Positions 43,201-45,778 of a DNA stretch of 64,000 nucleotides are shown here, in pieces. The DNA lies in assembly GCA_964291295.2 (NCBI GenBank), contig OZ219754.1:2336001-2400000 (forward strand). The letters are read 5' to 3'. Position 1 is the first letter of the stretch. Each line of letters starts with the position of its first letter. The notes under the pieces are model-generated. The model ran no database searches. It saw only the letters and a list, made by a program, of their open reading frames with translations, and was not told where the DNA came from. The position numbers and the translations under genes were made by a program. The DNA is from an uncultured Candidatus Binatia bacterium. GTDB lineage: Bacteria; Desulfobacterota; Binatia; UBA9968; JAJDTQ01.

Positions 43201-45378
43201 GGGGGCAATGCGCCGGGGTCGGCGGGGCCACCGCCGGAGTCGGCGCCGGAGCGGCCGGGACGGCCGCGGAGGTTGAGGGCGAAGGCGGGGGACGGGGAGG
43301 TGCGGCTTTTCTGGGAGGATCTGGAGGATCGGACGCTGAGCCATTGGCAGGTGCGGGTGCGGCGCGGCGTCGGGCGGTGGGGAGCGTGGACGGACATGGC
43401 GGGGTCGGATGCGGGGACGGTGACGCACCGGGTGACGGGTCTGGAGAACGGCACGGAGTACCGGTTCCGGGTTCGGGGGGTGAATGAGGCGGGTCCGGGA
43501 GTCAAGTCCGGGCGGGTGTTCGCGACGCCGTTGAGGAAGCCGGAGATTTCCATTGCCGACGCCTCGGCCGGTGAGGGGGAGGCGATGGTCTTCGGGATCA
43601 CGCTGTCGGAGGCGTCCGCGCGCAAGGTTCGGGTTTCGTGGCGCACGGCGTGGGGCGGGGAGCACGGGAGCGCGGAGGGGGGTTCGGACTTCGTCCAGGG
43701 TTCGGGTGTGGTGCGGTTCCGTCCGGGGGCCACCCGGGTGGAGATACGCATCCAGACCCTCGACGATGCGCACGACGAGGGGCGGGAGAGCTTCGCGGTG
43801 CTGCTGTCGGAGGCGAAGGGAGGGAGCATCGCGGACGGCGAGGCCACGGGCACCATCGTGAACACGGACCCGATGCCGCGTGCGTGGCTGGGTCGTTTCG
43901 GTCGCACGGTGGCGGAGCGGGCTCTGGAGGGCATTGCCGAGCGGGTGGGGGAAGCGGTCCGCGTGCCGGGATTCCAGGGTGTGCTGGGAGGCATTCCGCT
44001 GGAGGAGGATGGCTGCGGTGCCGGCGGCGGTGCGGGGGCGGAAGGGGGATGCGCGGCGGGCGGTTTCGACCTGATGGCGGGCGAGGCCATGGGCGGAGAG
44101 CCGGGGTCGGGGATTTTCGACGGCTACGGGGGGTATCGGTGGTGGACAGGTCTTGGCGGGGCCAGGAGGTTCTCGGGTTATCCGGCGGGGTTGGGTGAGG
44201 GCGCAAGGGAGCCGGGTCCGGGGCACCTGCTGGCGGACAGCCGCTTCACCTACACGCGCGGGGAGGATCCGGTGGGCGGGGTTCTGGGGTTCTGGGGCCG
44301 CGGGTCGCGGACATCGTTCGACGGGAAGGATGGGGAAGTGGATCTTGACGGGGAGGTGACCACGGCCCTGCTGGGGGCGGACTACGCACGGAACCGCTGG
44401 CGGGCGGGAGTGGCGGTGGCACAAAGCCGCGGCGACGGCGACTACCGCGGTGCGGCGGGGGAGGGGGAGATGGAGGCCTCGCTGACGGCGGCGATTCCGT
44501 ATGCCTCGTGGCGGCCCACGGAGCGTGTGGCGGTGTGGGGGGCGGCGGGCCGGGGGGCCGGCGCGGTGACGCTCAAGCCGGGGGCGGGCGAGTCGGTGAA
44601 GACGGACATCAGCTGGACCATGGCGGCGGCGGGAACGCGTGGCGAGTTGTGGGTGTTCGGGGACGGGGGCTCGCTGTCGCTGGTGTCGGACGCGCTGTGG
44701 GCGCGCACGACGTCGGACCGCGCGCAGGGTCTGGCGGGTACGGAGGCGGACATCGGTCGGCTGCGGCTGGGGCTGGAGGGCAGCCGGCGATTCGAGTTGC
44801 CCGGCGGCAGCGGCCTGACGCCGAAGCTGGGAATCGGCGGGCGCCACGATGGCGGCGACGCGGAGACCGGGTTCGGGTTGGAGGTGGGCGGCGGGATCGG
44901 GTGGGACGCGCCGGGTCTGGGCCTGGACTTCAACGTGGAGGGGCGCGCGCTGCTGTCCCACGAGGACGGCGCCCTGAAGGACCGGGGCTTTTCGGCGTCG
45001 CTTGCCTATGACCCCAGGCCGGAGTCGGCCCTGGGGCTGACCCTGGCGCTGCGCTCGGACCTGGGGGGTGCGGCGACGGGCGGCCTGGACGCGCTGTTCG
45101 CCGACGCGCCGCTGACGCAGCGCCTGGGCGGCGGCAACGGCGGTCGCTGGACGGCCGAGGCGGGCTACGGCCTGGCGGCCTTCCGCGGACGGTTCGTCGG
45201 CACCCCGCATGTGAGCTACGGCGTCTGGTCCGGCGCACCGGAGGTCGGCGTCGGCTGGCGCCTGGCGCCGGCGGCGGGCGCGCCCGATCTCAACATGACG
45301 ATCCGGGCGGTCCGGCGCGAAAACACGCTGGAGCCCGCCGATGGCCGCATCGACTTCGAACTTCAGGCCCTGTGGTAG
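13243..45378 (+). CDS. Giant multidomain surface adhesin (FN3, Calx-beta, PKD/cadherin-like repeats; C-terminal outer-membrane beta-barrel/autotransporter-like domain), 10,711 aa
   Basis: Uninterrupted 32-kb ORF; signal peptide ending QAAHA/T; FN3 motifs VTLSW...HTVTGLTNGT.Y.F.VRAVN; Calx-beta motifs DDxxDExDETFTVTLS..ATGTITDDD; YTMTVTASDGNG modules; amphipathic strands ending in terminal W. Confidence 0.93.
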   Translation: MTAPAPAVHGGRERRAGSGKAMQPGRVAADHLAASASSPGPLGRLAAATFRRLRPLSSRCRAGSAAFRPPALAAVLLFALSAGLAPQAAHATWGVLTATPGDGQVTLNWTWTHSRPNTSWWWFRYVRAGQPYHEYNVVRGIGSIYDSKYNLIGAHHRTQTITGLTNGVEYVFEVHAHIPNTALEVRATPSRYPIAPKGVTATPGTSQVTLSWDAHNDSRVTRWEYEQTSGGTTGNWKKISASNASTTSHTVTGLTNGTRYGFRVRAASDGLGAPSASVFATPRPAPCALRIASVSGPGPTVAFRWGPTKANCGDISRTQVQKKLASSPDWSGSVWETLSTNFYRNSGVAFTVDDTLRVSLAEGNSYHVRVRAVNEGLTVTSEEGVAGPPSSETLLWLGPPGSPTGLKAAPFQAAIQLTWNQQASGQKVTGWDVRRKEGAGSYGEWGRITGSGANTVLHSASGLTSGVDYTFQIRAVNAAGDGRASEEVTETPTGVTISQPALTVEEGSSSTYTVVLDAEPSADVTVTVGGAAAGVSVNPPSLVFSLLNWNQPQTVTVSAAEDDNAVSEPVTLTHSASGGGLDSVPIRAVVVTVTENETAGFALSESDLELEEGESGSWTVALTSEPTADVTVTISGAPSGVTVTPPTLTFTAADWQTPQMVTVATVDDEDAAPLPAVTLTHSASGGDYGSLTASVALTVTENETAGLTFSDGDKEISQLEVIEDGSGNYMVALTSEPTADVTVTITPGPGDVTVQSGSLTFTALNWSAAQQVVVLAAEDDDAKTDPAVTLTHSASGGDYGSVTGALTVAVLEHDPPGKPVNFSATAGDSQVTLSWNDPQNPDISGWEFQQAVRGASFGAWTPIPDSGAATTSHTVTGLTNGVFYSFKLRAVAQLRESLRGEKEDAEGVSSDEISALPRRVGKNVTLFVSDAQIEEGQAGTTPVLIRLVLGEPAPAGGLGLAFEVDGTSTATASAPVATSCSAPNPMDADMCWPRGARVLVPAAQDVAVHQVAVRGDRAIEPNETLVLNVVPAIDGWTGDSATITIVDDEVAPAAPTGLAAAPRNGQALLTWDDLGNPGITRWEFQQKEGSGGSYGGWMAIPGSDAATTSHTVTGLTNGTEYGFKVRAVSPRGNGAESAEATVTPGAVPAAPTGFRATPSDAQLELFWDAAPDNSGILRWEVRFRKDSEDYQQPWAPIPGGAATTELGPLTAENGVVYTYQLRAVNAAGPGEAAELTVKPLPPLPRKPAALKATAGNAQVALAWDHPLLPPPNDLRKYELQRKQGASGSYGAWTRVDIVREDLGRLRYEARHVVTGLTNGATYSFRVRELNEAGAGPASDEVTVTLPAVVPAEPTGVRAIASNRQVLLRWDDPNNPGITRWDFQGKEGASVSYGPWAPIPGSDASTTSHMVTGLTNDTVYAFKVRAVNATGNGAESSEVTATPVAVPAPPSGFRATPDHRSVILTWDDPKDSSITRWQVRFLPETEEFQDANSNWLDIRGSGATTTRHEVGRLPSGQIHRFQVRAVSNAGVGPASDEALAGPTDPGVTVSTSSLTVEEGGSGEYTVKLNTSPLGRQVVIAVAGASGELSAAPATLTFTGTNWMEAQTVTVTLAEDGDAQTDAAQTLTHSARGGGYDHVDIASVVVTLAENDPPLKPANLRAIAGNGQVMLRWDDPENPDITGWEFAQKTGDGSYGSFTAISGSDAETTSHTVTGLTDGTRYGFKVRAVSAVGNGAESDEATATAGRPSLGVADVTAAEDGTFTFTVTLDPAAPADVTFKYAVTAENDDTATADTDFTEVAATAATISAGDTTFTFTVTVADDKLDEDDETFTVTLSEPSANAQLGDAAATGTITDNDASPVLADIDNLTLRLGRTVDITATATDADAGDTITYAWTRKAGETTPPLPGSPDLGQARLSFTPTEAGVYTMTVTASDGDSNGNKHGNTDTGEVVITVVGKAAVSVPAALSVTEGTDTNATVTVTTEEAFGEDVTFDVSYGGTGATGATNPADGDYDNDAVTSVTFSGADTTKTIAIPLNDDGLDEDDETFTVTIVLAEGSALPAGFAPGNLTTTVTIVDNDHSPVLPDYPPTGTTRVGQAVDLSAEATDEDGDAITYVWTRKAGETTPPLPDGTNLNQARLLFTPTETGAYTMTVTASDPYGNTDTATVALTVVRAHVVSAPAALSVTEGTDANATVTVTTEAAFGEDVTFNVSYGGASATGAADPANGDYENDAVTSVTFSSAETTKDIAVPITDDDLDEDDETFTVTVALPEGASLPAGFAPGNLATTVTIADDDASPVLAEIADQRITLGEAVDITASATDEDGDTVTYVWTRKAGETTPSLPDGTAENVARLTFTPPALGAYTYTVTASDGNGNTDTEEVTIRVVAAVTPPVLTGATSSSAAVVTLTWTHSGTAPGDFIGDPGGAPQIYWEAEHRLKGAGDSDWDDYSNPSPAVGGGNTRRTMAVTVVSDYPDGATVEWRVRASVGGGLVGPWSNVREVTLQNSELAALTLTGAPVAVAPGSSKTYTVALTEAFAGTLRITSSDTATATVNPPSLTFTAQNYNVAQDVTVTGVKAGSATTGHAFRLTGAAADAIPNAGTVAVTVVATPAAPAGLTATAGDAQVELSWTDPVNASITGWEFQQKEGAAGSYGAWTAISNSDAETTSHTVTGLTNDTLYGFKVRAVNGAGDGAASAEVTATPKKPVSLSIADVTALENAGTMSFTVTADPAPAAPITFSYTVTAVTAAPPAESDTATAGADFTEVATATEVTIAASATTATIAVTVADDALDEDDETFTVTLSGQSAGVLLGDATATGTITDDDASPVLAEIADQRITLGEAVDITASATDEDGDTVTYAWTRKAGETPAIPGSPTLDAARLTFTPSAIGTYTMTVTASDGNGNTDTEEVTIRVVAAVTPPVLTGATSSSAAVVTLTWTHSGTAPGDFIGDPGGAPQIYWEAGHRLKGAGDSDWDDYSNASPSVGGGNTRRTMAVTVVSDYPDGATVEWRVRASVGGGLVGPWSNVREVTLQNSELAALTLTGAPVAVASSGDNASATYTVALTKAFAGTLSIASSDTSKATVSPPSLTFTAVNYSTGQAVTVTGVDVGSATINHAFRLTGATADAIANAGTVAVTVVGQPAAPADLTATPGNGRVTLSWTDPGDASITGWEFQQKEGAAGSYGAWTAISNSDAETTRHTVTGLTNGTLYGFKVRAVNLAGDGAASAEVTETPNGALPPVLTGATSSSAAVVTLTWTHAGTAPGDFIGDPGGAPQIYWEAEHRLKGAGDSDWDDYSNASPSVGGGNTRRTMAVTVVSDYPDGATVEWRVRASVGGGSHGPWSNVREVTLQNSELAALTLTGAPVAVAPGSSKTYTVALTEAFAGTLRITSSDTATATVNPPSLTFTAQNYNVAQDVTVTGVKAGSATTGHAFRLTGAAADAIPNAGTVAVTVVATPAAPAGLTATAGDAQVELSWTDPVNASITGWEFQQKEGAAGSYGAWTAISNSDAETTSHTVTGLTNDTLYGFKVRAVNGAGAGAASAEVTATPEKPVSLSIADVTALENAGTMSFTVTADPAPAAPITFSYTVTAVTAAPPAESDTATAGADFTEVATATEVTIAASATTATIAVTVTDDALDEDDETFTVTLSGQSAGVLLGDATATGTITDDDHSPVLKEIKDQRITLGEAVDITASATDEDGDTVTYAWTRKAGETPAIPGSPTLDAARLTFTPSAIGTYTMTVTASDGNGNTDTEEVTIRVVAAVTPPVLTGATSSSAAVVTLTWTHSGTAPGDFIGDPGGAPQIYWEAGHRLKGAGDSDWDDYSNASPSVGGGNTRRTMAVTVVSDYPDGATVEWRVRASVGGGLVGPWSNVREVTLQNSELAALTLTGAPVAVAPGSSKTYTVALTEAFAGTLRITSSDTATATVNPPSLTFTAQNYNVAQDVTVTGVKAGSATIGHAFRLTGAAADAIPNAGAVAVTVAAATKPAAPTGLEATPGNTQVTLSWDDPDDDSITGYQLRRRGGSGWGRWIDIASSDADTVNHTVTGLTNGAEYRFRIRAVNDVGNGAESSVVRAMPTIVEPVTLTATAGARGAVTLNWTVKSSAPDRLVEGAERVSGWESQYRLKGRQDWNGFVRHTTTGGDSRTVSTNMSDLIPHGGIVEIQIRPTGSSGASVSARPGPWSNTATVTLSDVDDANTALKFTGVPVTVAPGEDATYTVRLTKPYAAGTVSITSNATGKATVDPASLTFTSSDWFTPQDVTVTGVEAGTATLNHSFRVTGASADAVPDAGTVAVTVGAAPTPGVTISATELTVEEGASGEYTVKLDTAPSANVTVTVGGESGEVTVTGSPLTFTPSNFGTAQTVTVNAGSDEDTTDDTATLTHAAASTDTDYGASLDIDDVRVTVTDTTPTLQLSTDPAAVTEGEDISLTVTSDRALTGDLTVSLTLSDRGSSGFDADDIPGALGPRNFTASFGVSASTTGTVTIPTSTDSDAEGAETYTITLNDGTGYALGAGKTADGTLNDPPQSPALSIADVTAAEDGTFTFTVTAAPASSSEVTFKYTVTAESGDTATADTDFTAVATATAATIAANASSTTITVSVTDDALDESDETFTVTLSEPSSGVTLSDATATGRIQDNDDPPALAIAAPAAVTEGDSGSTDMIFTVALDAASGRAVTVDYAVDTTSTAANTDFTGGAGTLTFAAGDTSTTITVSVTGDELDEDDETVVLKLSNATNASIGTATATGTITDDDPSPSLSIAAPAAVAEGDSGSTDMIFTVALDAASGRAVTVDYAVDATSTATASTDFTGGAGTLTFAAGDTSKTIAVSVTGDELDEDDETVVLKLSNATNASIGTATATGTITDDDPSPSLSIASPSAVAEGDSGSTDMTFTVALDAASGRAVTVDYAVDTTSTATASTDFTGGAGTLTFAAGDTSKTIAVSVTGDELDEDDETVVLKLSNATNASIGTATASGTITDDDDPAPGVTVSVSELTVTESSTANYTVVLDSRPAGDVTVTPGSSDTGAAAVSDPLTFTRFNWNRPRTVTVTAVPDGDTGDESVTVSHAVTGYGSVSAAPSVSVTVTDTTPTLSLSHVPAAVIEGAAIRLKVTSDKALAGGLAVSLTLEDRDTSGFDADDIRGSLGPRNFIASFGAALSTTGTVTIPTRTDYSTEGQETYRITLNEGAGYAVDEDNNTADGTLNDGTPVLSTGAVALIVEDKTAPEGETMSFTVIADPAPSSPITFKYTVTAESGDTATAGSDFTAVTTAATATIAANATSTTIIVSLLQDTEVEGDETFTVTLSEPSSGVTITDATATGTIGDDDEGIARPTSLRITAVENAITLRWTARTDSEIDKWQYRFKNKERSWRGWNPFDVRNSTASTRSVTLNKRTTLHGGVGQYQVRAVTVVPIRIEFGGGEKETFGPWSELAEVSVVNTDNLGLEFSGDGITRTGGASVAWNASVAQGASITYGVRLSAAALPYLDRTAEVTLKSGSGVRTSPSSLTFTRADARTAQPVTITGVAAGSAAIEHAVRFPALALLDPAGTVAVTVGAPPAPGVTISATELTVEEGASGEYTVKLDTAPSANVTVTVGGESGEVTVDPSSLTFTPSNFGTAQTVTVTAGSDEDTTDDTATLTHAASSTDDDYGASLDIDGVSVTVTDTTPTLQLSTDPAAVTEGSDISLTVSSDRALTGDLTVSLTLSDRGSSGFDADDIPGTLGPRNFTASFGNTAGTTGTVTIPTSADSDTEGAETYTITLNDGTGYALGTDKTADGTLTDPPQSPALSIADVTAAEDGTFAFTVTAAPASSSEVTFKYTVTAESGDTATADTDFTAVTTATAATIAANATSTTITVSVTDDALDESDETFTVTLSEPSSGVTFSDATATGTITDNDDPPALSIAAPAAVAEGDSGSTNMVFTVTLGATSGRQVTVDYAVDSTSTATSGADFTALAGGTLTFAAGSTGAALAKTVTVAVTGDELDEADETVVLKLSNAVGATLPDPATASGTITDDDASPVLAALTAQAVTAGEDVDITASATDGDGDTISYEWTRKAGETTPPLPNGTALDEDQLTFTTTAPGTYTMTVTASDGNGNEDTGTVAITVTAATTSTAAPCKVSVTNYRAIDDSGFLPVYSISFGLRIPANCGAITGMQRQIRTSSQGWADVEWVDLENAGLRTFANSATARTPSAVELVFLPSGGGTRQVRVRALNGAKAGPASDAVSVTFEVPSAPSGLAATPGAGSATLTWNAQSGEQVTSWNIQYKRGSESYRNLHVADAGNGSTTTATVTGLAAEEYTFRLQARNENGLSAASSTVTATPTAATAVPPAPTGVRATAGDGEATLSWTDPQSDTITKWQYRQKAAGGSYGEWTDLAHSRTGSALPTLTGTVGDLTNGSSYAFELRAVNAVGAGAASAEVTVTLDADAVSLSIADVTAAEDGTFTFTVTADPAPSAEVTFKYTVTAESGDTATADTDFTAVTTATAATIAASATTAAITVSVTDDDIDESDETFTVTLSEPSDNAEIGDATATGTITDNDTAGVTVSPTSLTVNEGSNGSYTVKLDTEPTADVTVTVGGESGEVTVTGSPLTFTPSNYGTAQTVTVNAGSDTDTTNDTATLTHAASSSDTNYGSSLSIEDVSVTVTDTTTSSIAAPCRIAISSLSHRNRRILQVTMSVPANCGPVPKAEMQVKTATQAWSDVSWIALGNLALSNSDQPQTVTRLFNLAPPGLPALTGLRNVRVRALNGAKAGPESVVAHIWFGPLAQPAGLQAAAGNRHVKLSWTAAANPTLTGWEYRQKPDGGSYGEWTAMSGSGAATTSYSAPGLSNGTEYSFQIRSRSGTAASAASSAVTATPTAGVPLQPELTSSEPGDGQVRVIWRALGDPSVTKWQSRRKLDSASAWPATWTNIPGSDAETTSHVFTGLTNGTPYTFQVRAVNDQGAGPASTGLSATPSAEPFARPTGVGAKAGNGQVTLSWADPGNASITKWQYRRKLAGASAWGAAMDVSGSDAETTSVVVTGLTNSSAYHFQVRAFGTVGGHWSPRVSATPLTPPGAPQGLATSDGDSQVALRWRDQGDTTITGWEYRLKPDGGAYGDWTAIDGSGAGTTSHTVTGLVNGTEYTFQVRAENAGGKGASSEVTATPVRGPPEAPTGFTATSGDGRVTLSWDSSDDDRIRRWNYRQKAGAGAYGRWRAVPGDAGTTSHTVTGLVNATKYTFQVRAETLGEFGKPAAGITATPTATTTAVSLSIADATAAEAAGTMSFTVTATPAPSSLITFRYTVTAESGDTATAGTDFTGVSTATEATIAASATSATITVSVTDDVLVEGDETFTVTLSSPSSGVTISDATATGTITDDDSLPSAPSGLDATGGNAEVALSWDDPEDASITGYELQQKEGSAAWGSWAAIADSDAETTDHTVSGLENGSAYSFRIRAVNPSGSGAQSSVVTATPQANPAKPVVTATAGDGQVTLGWQLQPGIAIATWTYQYSSDGGSTWSASQTVTGASATSTVVTGLENDTEYTFRMFAAVGPGVQSAWSDFVTATPQPPAPAAPTNFSASPGNARVELTWDDPEDASISVWQLRYGKQGETWGSWTPISGSDASTTSHTVTSLDNGSTYRFRIRAKNSGGVGVPSPVVTATPLVLVKPVVTATAGDGRVTLSWPAQPGSGVTAWGYQSSSDGGTSWTSTQTVTGGSTTSTVVSGLTNGTEYTFRMFARAGSAQSSWSDHVKATPIPPALSIADVTAAEDGTFAFTVTAAPAPASGISFKYTVTAASGDTATAGADFTAVTTATSATIAANASSATITVSVTDDAVDEPDETFTVTLSEPSSGVTLGDATATGTITDNDDPPALSIAAPAAVTEGDSGSADMVFTVTLGATSGRQVTVGYAVDSGASTATSGTDFTALTAGTLTFAAGSTGAALAKTVTVAVTGDELDEADETVVLKLSDAVGATLPDPATASGTIEDDDASPVLASLTAQTVTVGEDVDITASATDGDGDTVTYAWTRKAGETTPAIPNGTALNAAQLTFTTTAPGTYTMTVTASDGNGNTDTKDVVLTVTQTVAAALTISVADVSVMEGDSGETDMNFTVTLSGSPSHQVEIQATAWAKGSGDTAKGGRGAGRDFIGFQRRKLVFAANATGAGLSKTVTVKILGDEVEEDDETFTLRLNVLRTTDSRVAFAGGETRLEATGTITDDDDTTSTGHTISVANASVMEGDSHKTAMNFTVTLSGSPSHQVEIKATAWAKDSGDAAKGGWGPGQDFIGFRDQKIVFEANATGASLSKTVAVQVLGDEVDEDNETFTLLLNNLRTADSRVVFAGGEARLEATGTITDDDDATATGHEISVADAEVVEGDSGRTALNFTVTLSGSPSHPVQVDAVAREGTAEAGPGKDFRHFQANRKVVFAADATGAALSQTVRVDVLGDEADEDNETFTLRLNNIRTNDHRVVFAGGGTRLEATGTITDDDASPVLASLTAQTVTVGEDVDITASATDGDGDTVTYAWTRKAGETTPAIPNGTALNAAQLTFTTTAPGTYTMTVTASDGNGNTDTKDVVLTVTQTVAAALTISVADVSVMEGDSGETDMNFTVTLSGSPSHQVEIQATAWAKGSGDTAKGGRGAGRDFIGFQRRKLVFAANATGAGLSKTVTVKILGDEVEEDDETFTLRLNVLRTTDSRVAFAGGETRLEATGTITDDDDTTSTGHTISVANASVMEGDSHKTAMNFTVTLSGSPSHQVEIKATAWAKDSGDAAKGGWGPGQDFIGFRDRKIVFEANATGASLSKTVAVQVLGDEVDEDNETFTLLLNNLRTADSRVVFAGGEARLEATGTITDDDDATATGHEISVADAEVVEGDSGRTALNFTVTLSGSPSHPVQVDAVAREGTAEAGPGKDFRHFQANRKVVFAADATGAALSQTVRVDVLGDEADEDNETFTLRLNNIRTNDHRVVFAGGGTRLEATGTITDDDTAGVTITPSTVTVAEGGSNTYTVKLDTKPSSDVTVTVGGESGDVTVTGSPLTFTPSNWKTAQTVTVNAATDLDTTNDSATLTHASASSDTNYGPSLNIDDVEVTVTEPAPLPTLQLTTDPAAVTEGSAIRLTVTSDRALTGNLTVSLTLSDRGSSGFDAEDIPGTLGPRNFTASFGNSASRTGTVTIPTSTDSEAEGAETYRITLNDGTGYALGVDKTADGTLNDGAAQSTALSIADVTAAEDGTFTFTVTASPASSSEVTFKYTVTAASGDTATAGADFTAVTTAVAKTIAANATSTTITVAVTDDALDEGDETFTVTLSEPSSGVTLSDATGTGTITDDDPLPGLSVGAPGAVTEGDSGSTDMVFTVTLGATSGRAVTVDYAVDGTSTAASGTDFTALAGGTLTFAAGSTGAALAQTVTVAVRGDELDEADETVVLKLSNAGNASITRATASGTITDDDASPVLASLTAQTVAVGEDVDVTAVATDGDNDTISYSWERKAGETLPALPGGTGLNAARLTFTTAAAGTYTMTVTASDGKGNEDTATVTITVTPAPGVTVILRAKGGDGTIELTWVYTGPTQGASKWQVEYFTGSTGDELRDLPGGVAARSATLPLSGGPEVLNGQTYNIRIVLLHTNGTTLAESVTNNVGWVRATPRGSATPRVVVTPTELTVKEGGGNHYTVVLAGVAPTGRVRVEITSVAQGRDDVEVGELMFDATDWDDPRRVSIYGRVLDDVEGYEVTQELEVKAPGTNYADVEAEDVTVTVVDTTATLTLATDPAAVTEGEEISLEITSDRALTGALPVSLSFADRGSSGFAAADLPGGLVQTRMADFGEEGGTTGTVTIPTNRDGLTSEGVETYTVTLGDDSTENGYKLGSDTTADGRLNDAASGTPTTPGTTKGVTVIPMELTAAEGGGAGFMVVLDAAPSEDVTVTVSGVSGDVTFTTEGQGDDGGNWGRLTFTTGNWEVPQWVRVWVREDADMEDDTDVVLTLTASGGGYDGVNIDSVTVTVVENDKTMSPGGAEAGGNAPGSAGPPPESAPERPGRPRRLRAKAGDGEVRLFWEDLEDRTLSHWQVRVRRGVGRWGAWTDMAGSDAGTVTHRVTGLENGTEYRFRVRGVNEAGPGVKSGRVFATPLRKPEISIADASAGEGEAMVFGITLSEASARKVRVSWRTAWGGEHGSAEGGSDFVQGSGVVRFRPGATRVEIRIQTLDDAHDEGRESFAVLLSEAKGGSIADGEATGTIVNTDPMPRAWLGRFGRTVAERALEGIAERVGEAVRVPGFQGVLGGIPLEEDGCGAGGGAGAEGGCAAGGFDLMAGEAMGGEPGSGIFDGYGGYRWWTGLGGARRFSGYPAGLGEGAREPGPGHLLADSRFTYTRGEDPVGGVLGFWGRGSRTSFDGKDGEVDLDGEVTTALLGADYARNRWRAGVAVAQSRGDGDYRGAAGEGEMEASLTAAIPYASWRPTERVAVWGAAGRGAGAVTLKPGAGESVKTDISWTMAAAGTRGELWVFGDGGSLSLVSDALWARTTSDRAQGLAGTEADIGRLRLGLEGSRRFELPGGSGLTPKLGIGGRHDGGDAETGFGLEVGGGIGWDAPGLGLDFNVEGRALLSHEDGALKDRGFSASLAYDPRPESALGLTLALRSDLGGAATGGLDALFADAPLTQRLGGGNGGRWTAEAGYGLAAFRGRFVGTPHVSYGVWSGAPEVGVGWRLAPAAGAPDLNMTIRAVRRENTLEPADGRIDFELQALW
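20413..24924 (+). repeat. Near-identical intragenic duplication, period 2538 bp (20413-22386 vs 22951-24924)
   Basis: Direct sequence match; shadow ORFs recur at +2538 (20928/23466, 21456/23994). Confidence 0.9.
26101..30898 (+). repeat. Dispersed ~1-kb intragenic repeat (26101-27136 vs 29863-30898), with a further diverged copy near 40130-41140
   Basis: Direct sequence match at offset 3762; shadow ORFs 26409/30171. Confidence 0.85.
27160..28180 (+). repeat. Three tandem near-identical Calx-beta units (339/342 bp)
   Basis: Repeated EGDSGSTDM.FTVALDAASGRAVTVDYAVD; shadow ORF ends at 27273, 27612 and 27954. Confidence 0.88.
37126..40113 (+). repeat. Almost perfect 1494-bp tandem duplication (37126-38619, 38620-40113)
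   Basis: Direct match with a few substitutions (e.g. FRDQK vs FRDRK); shadow ORFs 37536/39030. Confidence 0.92.
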
Positions 45379-45454
45379 GAGGGCCCGCGGCAGGCTGCGG
45401 TGTCGAACCCGGTCTTGTGGATGATGAGAGCGGGGGCGTCCTTGCGGCGGCGGG

Positions 45455-45611
45455 TGCGCATCGGCGCCATGACCCGGCAACCGGCGCTGGAGCGCTCCGG
45501 CACGGTCGCGGCGAGCTGACCGTTGCTGCGTGACGCCGCGGGATTCCTCGGCCACGTCCAGATACGGAACCGGGGCACGGTGGGGCCGTCTCGCCCATGC
45601 CTTCCTTTCGG
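45455..45611 (+). pseudogene. Degenerate partial copy of the downstream FAD-subunit gene (matches 45987-46145)
   Basis: Aligns to LRIGAMTRQ...GHVQIRNRGTVG..AHAFPS, with a TGG>TGA stop and a small deletion. Confidence 0.85.
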
Positions 45612-45778
45612 GACAGTGTTGTGAGCGCAGGCCTCGGAGGCGGCGTCGCAGGCCGCTTCGGGATGTGGCGGATGAGGGGACAGATCCGGATTTTCCTGCA
45701 GAAGGTTCATCTGGCCGAGAGCGCTCTCATGTGCATGCCGGGGGCGGTGTTTCCGCTCAGCCCCTTCCTGGAGGCCAC

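Noticed and set aside
17062-45555. Very long minus-strand ORFs (3107, 1084, 813, 1254 and 1302 aa) opposite the adhesin
   Set aside because: Arg/His-rich antisense shadows produced by the biased, repetitive codons of the real gene; no recognisable motifs.
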